From the sequence record DRR378314_1792: a DNA stretch of 22,322 nt; one strand, given 5' to 3'. Made by a program: the position numbers and the translations under genes. The notes under the pieces are model-generated. The model ran no database searches. It had not been told where the DNA came from and saw only the letters and a list, made by a program, of their open reading frames with translations. Position 1 is the first letter of the stretch; every line of letters begins with the position of its first letter. Below are positions 18,079 to 22,322 of this stretch, piece after piece.

Positions 18079-19539
18079 ATGAAACCTTTAAAAGGCCTTC
18101 TTTCAGACTATGATCAGGGTGAATTCTTTTGTGAACTTCTTGGTTTACCTGATAAAAGCTCGGTAAGCGCCCCAATACTTGAAACGATTATTGGCAGACT
18201 TGATAAAATGAGTCTGAAGACCTTGCGTAAACGGGCCGAAGCCACTGAAAAAGAACTCTACAATTTGGGCATTACATTTACGGTTTATACAGACAGTCAG
18301 GCGATAGACCGGATTTTACCTTTTGATGTCTTACCCCGCGTCATTACTGCTCAGGATTTTGAGAAGATTGAGCGCGGCGTGCAGCAGCGGGTCAAAGCCA
18401 TCAACACGTTCCTTAAGGACATCTATCACGATCAAAAAATCCTGAAAGATGGTGTCATTCCAAAAGAACTGGTGCTGGGAAACGAAAATTACTGCAAACA
18501 GATGGAAGGGGTCCATATCCCCGAGGATACATATGTTCACATCTGTGGCATTGATTTGGTTCGCGATGTGGATGGTCACTTCAAAATTCTGGAAGATAAC
18601 GCCCGGACACCGTCGGGAGTATCATATGTGGTGGAGAACCGCCACCTGATGCTTCGAACCTTTCCTGACTTTTTGAAAGGTGTGGGAATTCGGCGGGTCT
18701 CTGACTATGGCTTGCACCTCTACAAAGCGCTGGCAGAGGTTGCGCCCGAAAGTGCAGGGTCAAACCCCTCTGTGGTCCTTCTGTCCCCGGGTGTCTATAA
18801 CTCGGCCTATTTTGAGCATGTCTTTCTGGCCCGCGAAATGGGTGTGCCCCTGGTCGAAGGGGGTGACCTGACGGTTGAAGATGACAAGGTATACATGAAG
18901 ACGACCGCAGGCCTTCAAAAAGTGGATGTGATTTACCGAAGGATCGGTGATGACTTTCTGGATCCAAAGGCCTTTCGAAAAGACAGCATGCTGGGTGTTC
19001 CTGGGCTTTTCGGGGCCTACACAAAGGGCAATGTCACTCTTGCAAACGCCATCGGGACCGGCGTTGCAGACGATAAGGCGGTCTACGCCTATATGCCTCG
19101 CATCATTAAATATTATCTGGATGAAGATGCCATTCTTGATAATGTAGATACACATATCTGCGGTGAAAAAGAAGGTTTGGATTACACTCTTGATAATCTT
19201 GAAAACCTGGTGGTCAAGCCCGTTGGTGAGGCCGGTGGCTACGGCGTCATCGTCGGGCCCCGAGCGACCCAAAAAGAACTACAGCAACGGAAACAGGAAT
19301 TGCTGGATGACCCGGCAAATTATATTTCTCAACCCATGATCGGACTGTCCGTTTGTCCGACCTTGGTGCAAGGGGGAATTGAGTCTCGACATGTTGATCT
19401 GCGACCCTTCGCGGTGACGGGGAAAAGCACCTGGGTTTTACCCGGTGGCCTGACCCGTGTCGCCTTGAATAAAGGGTCGCTCATTGTTAACTCCTCGCAA
19501 GGGGGCGGATCTAAGGATACCTGGGTACTTGAAAAATAG
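18079..19539 (+). CDS. Circularly permuted type 2 ATP-grasp protein (predicted peptide/amide ligase)
   Basis: GITFTVY, DRILPFDVLPR, LEDNARTPSGVSY, NSAYFEH, VDVIYRR, GTGVADDK, VVKP..EAGGYG, RHVDLRPF, PGGLTRVAL and VNSSQGGGSKDTWVL. Start uncertain (18064 TTG, 18070 ATG or 18079 ATG). Confidence 0.96.
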   Translation: MKPLKGLLSDYDQGEFFCELLGLPDKSSVSAPILETIIGRLDKMSLKTLRKRAEATEKELYNLGITFTVYTDSQAIDRILPFDVLPRVITAQDFEKIERGVQQRVKAINTFLKDIYHDQKILKDGVIPKELVLGNENYCKQMEGVHIPEDTYVHICGIDLVRDVDGHFKILEDNARTPSGVSYVVENRHLMLRTFPDFLKGVGIRRVSDYGLHLYKALAEVAPESAGSNPSVVLLSPGVYNSAYFEHVFLAREMGVPLVEGGDLTVEDDKVYMKTTAGLQKVDVIYRRIGDDFLDPKAFRKDSMLGVPGLFGAYTKGNVTLANAIGTGVADDKAVYAYMPRIIKYYLDEDAILDNVDTHICGEKEGLDYTLDNLENLVVKPVGEAGGYGVIVGPRATQKELQQRKQELLDDPANYISQPMIGLSVCPTLVQGGIESRHVDLRPFAVTGKSTWVLPGGLTRVALNKGSLIVNSSQGGGSKDTWVLEK

Positions 19540-20488
19540 TCTGCTATCACGATTTGCGTTAAATATCTTCTGGCTCGCCCGATATATGGAGCGAACAGAT
19601 AGTCTGGCACGCCGGCTGGAAGTGACGGAAACCCATTCCCGGGACGAACATGGAACCCAGGATTGGGAACTCATGCTCAATGTGAATAGCGATCTGGAGC
19701 GCTACAAAAAACAATATAAAAAGATCACACCGGAAAACGTAATCCACTTCTATTCCATTGATAAGACGAACCCCACATCAATGATTACGTCGGTCACCAA
19801 TGCCCGTGAGAATGCCCGCTCCTTAAGACATCTGATCAGCACGGAAATGTGGGCGGAGATCAATGCCCTTCACAATTTTTTTGCATCCGTAAAAAAGCGA
19901 GATATTCAAACCCGGCGCTTTTCAGGTTTCTGTGACAGCATCAAAGAAAGATGCCAGGCACATTCCGGCATTACAGAAGCCACCCTTTATCGGGATCAGG
20001 CCTATAATTTTTATTGGATGGGCAAATTGGTGGAACGGGCCGATCAGGCATCCCGGTTATTGGATGTTGGCTTCACACGGGCGCAGAAACTCGGATATGG
20101 AGATGCAGACGCAGGTGAAAATCTGTCTCACTGGACAGCCCTTCTGCGCTCTGTGGGTGGGTATCAGGCTTATCGCCGCACGCATCCCATCCACCTAAGG
20201 TCCCATGAGATAACTGATTTTATTCTTTTAAACATTTCCTTTCCCCGGTCTGTGAACTATTGTATCGAAGAAATCCGCGACAATATGGTTCAATTGATCG
20301 ACAGCCAGGACGTGGAAAACGCTCGAGAAGCAATGCAGGCGTTAGAGATAATTCGCAAACAATTGGCAGGCGCAGATGTTCAGCTCTTAGTAACCTCTGG
20401 GCTTCATGAATTTGCTGATACCCTGCAGCAACAACTGACTGATTTTACTCAAGTGCTGGCAAAAGGTTGTTTCGGCCAGGATGGCTAG
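19529..20488 (+). CDS. Alpha-E domain protein (DUF403-type)
   Basis: LLSRFA.NIFWLARYMER, ARENARSLR..ISTEMW..IN, second ER motif GKLVERAD..SRLLD and FPRSV. No in-frame ATG precedes the conserved start; TTG 19529 overlapping the upstream stop is the most likely start. Confidence 0.93.
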   Translation: MKNSLLSRFALNIFWLARYMERTDSLARRLEVTETHSRDEHGTQDWELMLNVNSDLERYKKQYKKITPENVIHFYSIDKTNPTSMITSVTNARENARSLRHLISTEMWAEINALHNFFASVKKRDIQTRRFSGFCDSIKERCQAHSGITEATLYRDQAYNFYWMGKLVERADQASRLLDVGFTRAQKLGYGDADAGENLSHWTALLRSVGGYQAYRRTHPIHLRSHEITDFILLNISFPRSVNYCIEEIRDNMVQLIDSQDVENAREAMQALEIIRKQLAGADVQLLVTSGLHEFADTLQQQLTDFTQVLAKGCFGQDG

Positions 20489-20499
20489 GACACATAGAA

Positions 20500-21375
20500 A
20501 TGCAGACCCTACGTATTCGTCACCGCACGGAGTATCGGTATCACAAACCCGTCTCCTTTGGTGAACACCGACTAATGTTTCGGCCTCGGGACAGTCACGA
20601 TTTACGGCATGTCTCCAGTCAACTCAGCATTAAACCGCATGCAGATATTCGCTGGCATCATGATGTGTTTAGCAACTCCATTGCCGTTGCCGAATTTACC
20701 GAACCGGGCGATCATTTAGTTTTGGAAAGTACGGTTGTCGTTGAACATTACGGGCTTGAGGATACCGTGTTTCCCATTGATAATCATGCCAGGCGCCTCC
20801 CCTTCAGCTACAGTGCCGATGAGGTTGGCGATCTTGCGCGAACCCATGAACGTCACTATCCCGATCCTTATGGCAGGATCGTCAGCTGGGCCAACCAATG
20901 CATGACCGAAGGCAACTTTGAGACAGAGCTGACCCTGGCCGCCATGACCCATAACATCCATCAGAATTTTGAATATGTCACCCGGAATGCGGAAGGCACG
21001 CAATCACCCGATGAAACCCTGTTCAAGCTTCAGGGAACCTGCCGGGATTTCGCCTTACTCATGATCGAGGCGGCCCGCACATTGGGGCTCGCCGCCCGAT
21101 TTGTGACAGGCTACCTGTTCGATCCCCATCAAGATGAAACCTCAGGGCTGCGCGGCGCCGGCGCAACCCACGCCTGGGCCCAGATCTTCCTGCCGGGGGC
21201 GGGCTGGATCGAATATGATCCGACAAATGGTATTATTGGCGGGGCAAACCTGATCCGGGTCGCCGTGACCCGGGATCCCGCACAAGCCATTGTTGTTCGC
21301 GGAACCTATGCGGGGGCACCGGAAGACTACAAGGACATGGAGGTCAGTGTCACTGTCGAGAGGGTAGATCCTTAA
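20500..21375 (+). CDS. Transglutaminase-family protein (bacterial transglutaminase N-terminal domain plus core)
   Basis: IRHRTEYRY and DVFSN in the N-terminal domain; triad GTCRDFA (Cys), ATHAW (His), YDPTN (Asp); ARFVTGYL. ATG 20500 with AGGA upstream. Confidence 0.95.
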   Translation: MQTLRIRHRTEYRYHKPVSFGEHRLMFRPRDSHDLRHVSSQLSIKPHADIRWHHDVFSNSIAVAEFTEPGDHLVLESTVVVEHYGLEDTVFPIDNHARRLPFSYSADEVGDLARTHERHYPDPYGRIVSWANQCMTEGNFETELTLAAMTHNIHQNFEYVTRNAEGTQSPDETLFKLQGTCRDFALLMIEAARTLGLAARFVTGYLFDPHQDETSGLRGAGATHAWAQIFLPGAGWIEYDPTNGIIGGANLIRVAVTRDPAQAIVVRGTYAGAPEDYKDMEVSVTVERVDP

Positions 21376-21382
21376 CCCAGTG

Positions 21383-22120
21383 CTATTTCGGCATGGGCGG
21401 CATTCGGTTAAACGCCGCGCGAAGAGCATTCCCCCAGCGCTTTTGAATATCCCTAAGATAGGGGTTTTCCTCATCGATAACCTTCAGGGTATCCACGGTT
21501 AGTGCGTCCCGCCGAAGGGTCACTATATCCAGAGGCGGGCCAACCGAGATGTTGGAGCGAAGTGTCGAATCCATGGAAATCAAGGCAAGCTTGACCGCCT
21601 CATCCAGGTCGAGATCATATTGAATAACCCGATCCAGAATTGGCTTGCCATATTTGGTCTCACCGATTTGAAAATAGGGGGTTTGCTCACTGGCTTCTAT
21701 AAAATTACCGGCGGAATAGATCGTAAAAAGGCGCATTTGACCGCCTCTGATCTGGCCGCCCAGTAAGAAAGTGGCGTTAAACTCCATCCCCTGTTGACGG
21801 AGCGCTTGGCCATCCTGCTTTTCCACCAAACGCAAGGCCTTACCCACGAGCCGGGCTGCATCGCGGATACTGGTTACCGTTGCCATTGTCACCAGTTCGC
21901 CGTCTTCCTCATCCAAGGGGATCCCTTCACGAACCATATCAACAACGGCTTGGGTAACAGCAAGATTTCCCGCTGTAGTCAACGCGATGACCCGCTCACC
22001 CGGCTCATCCCACAAGGTCAGCTTTCGGAATACGGAAATATGATCAACGCCCGCATTGGTACGGCTATCAGACACCATCACCAAGCCTTGGTTGAGGGCC
22101 ATCCCTATACAGTAGGTCAT
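21383..22120 (-). CDS. Anbu proteasome-type Ntn protease
   Basis: M-T-Y-C start (N-terminal Thr nucleophile), SDSRTNAGVD, AGNLA.TQ, YSAGNFIEA, QIGETKYGKPILDR and SMDSTLRSN.SVGPP. AAGGA SD before ATG 22120. Confidence 0.96.
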   Translation of the reverse strand: MTYCIGMALNQGLVMVSDSRTNAGVDHISVFRKLTLWDEPGERVIALTTAGNLAVTQAVVDMVREGIPLDEEDGELVTMATVTSIRDAARLVGKALRLVEKQDGQALRQQGMEFNATFLLGGQIRGGQMRLFTIYSAGNFIEASEQTPYFQIGETKYGKPILDRVIQYDLDLDEAVKLALISMDSTLRSNISVGPPLDIVTLRRDALTVDTLKVIDEENPYLRDIQKRWGNALRAAFNRMPPMPK

Positions 22121-22138
22121 GCGACATTCCTTAAACTG

Positions 22139-22167
22139 GGGGTACCCCCGAAAAACACTGACGACAA
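22139..22167 (-). promoter_or_regulatory. Candidate promoter for the Anbu gene
   Basis: Minus strand TTGTCG-N17-TACCCC; the -10 overlaps the palindrome GGGGGTACCCCC (22138-22149). Confidence 0.3.
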
Positions 22168-22172
22168 AATAC

Positions 22173-22228
22173 CAAAATTTCCCAAAACCCGAAGTAAATC
22201 TATCGGAAGTCGGCAAATTTTCCCAAAA
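22173..22228. repeat. 15-bp direct repeat pair in the Anbu/tRNA divergent region
   Basis: CAAAATTTCCCAAAA (22173-22187) and CAAATTTTCCCAAAA (22214-22228), 14/15 identical, starts 41 bp apart. Confidence 0.6.
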
Positions 22229-22247
22229 GCCCCCAAAGACTTTATCA

Positions 22248-22276
22248 TTGCGCTTTGATTTGAGGTACGTTATACG
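22248..22276 (+). promoter_or_regulatory. Sigma70-type promoter of the tRNA gene
   Basis: TTGCGC-N17-TATACG ending 13 nt before the tRNA 5' end; a -10 lacking the final T is common in alphaproteobacteria. Confidence 0.6.
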
Positions 22277-22289
22277 AAAGTCCTCTTCA

Positions 22290-22322
22290 GCACCCGTAGC
22301 TCAGCTGGATAGAGCGCTGCCC
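22290..22322 (+). tRNA. tRNA-Arg, probably CCG isoacceptor (5' half only, cut by the window edge)
   Basis: GCACCCGTAGCTCAGCTGGATAGAGCGCTGCCC matches the acceptor 5' strand, D-arm and anticodon 5' stem of bacterial tRNA-Arg(CCG); the anticodon itself lies outside the window. Confidence 0.9.

Noticed and set aside
19484-19528. Longer alpha-E start given by the ORF track
   Set aside because: It overlaps the conserved C-terminus of the ATP-grasp gene by more than 50 nt and adds non-family sequence.
22121-22216. 32-aa N-terminal extension of the Anbu ORF (TTG 22216), resembling a proteasome beta propeptide
   Set aside because: ATG 22120 has an AAGGA SD and yields the family-typical Met-Thr-Tyr-Cys start; the extension runs through promoter-like DNA.
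17775-22322. Genomic island integrated at the tRNA-Arg
   Set aside because: The module is on the 5' side of the tRNA; no integrase, att-like duplicate of the tRNA or obvious compositional break is visible.
1-22322. Many 60-200 aa antisense or alternate-frame ORFs inside long genes; CRISPR, IS, prophage, pseudogenes
   Set aside because: The shadow ORFs show no recognisable motifs. No repeat-spacer array, transposase, integrase, phage gene or frameshift was seen.

Overview
Gene-dense alphaproteobacterial chromosomal window of roughly 50% GC; the gene set and the VPLPA-CTERM protein suggest a marine Sneathiella/Rhodospirillales-like organism (inference only). The left part is the conserved translation/RNA block infB (5'-truncated)-rbfA-truB-rpsO-pnp. 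It is followed by an FMN-dependent nitronate-monooxygenase-family protein with a 4-Cys C-terminal motif, irr, a secreted SH3 protein, a 2-hydroxyacid dehydrogenase, arfB, queF, a VPLPA-CTERM surface protein, an AEC transporter, polA, a zf-CHCC protein, an orphan ABC ATPase and an amidohydrolase. The right end holds a 64-aa ORF, then a circularly permuted ATP-grasp / alpha-E / transglutaminase operon with a convergent Anbu proteasome-like protease, and the 5' half of a tRNA-Arg. No mobile element, prophage or CRISPR array was seen. Two leads stand out. (1) A FabX/UfaA-like flavoprotein occupies the pnp-irr slot where rhizobia and Brucella carry fabI-fabB-fabA, suggesting replacement of the unsaturated fatty acid pathway. 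(2) The complete but rearranged ATP-grasp/alpha-E/transglutaminase/Anbu module has a small candidate substrate ORF immediately upstream. All family assignments come from reading motifs by eye; no database searches were run.
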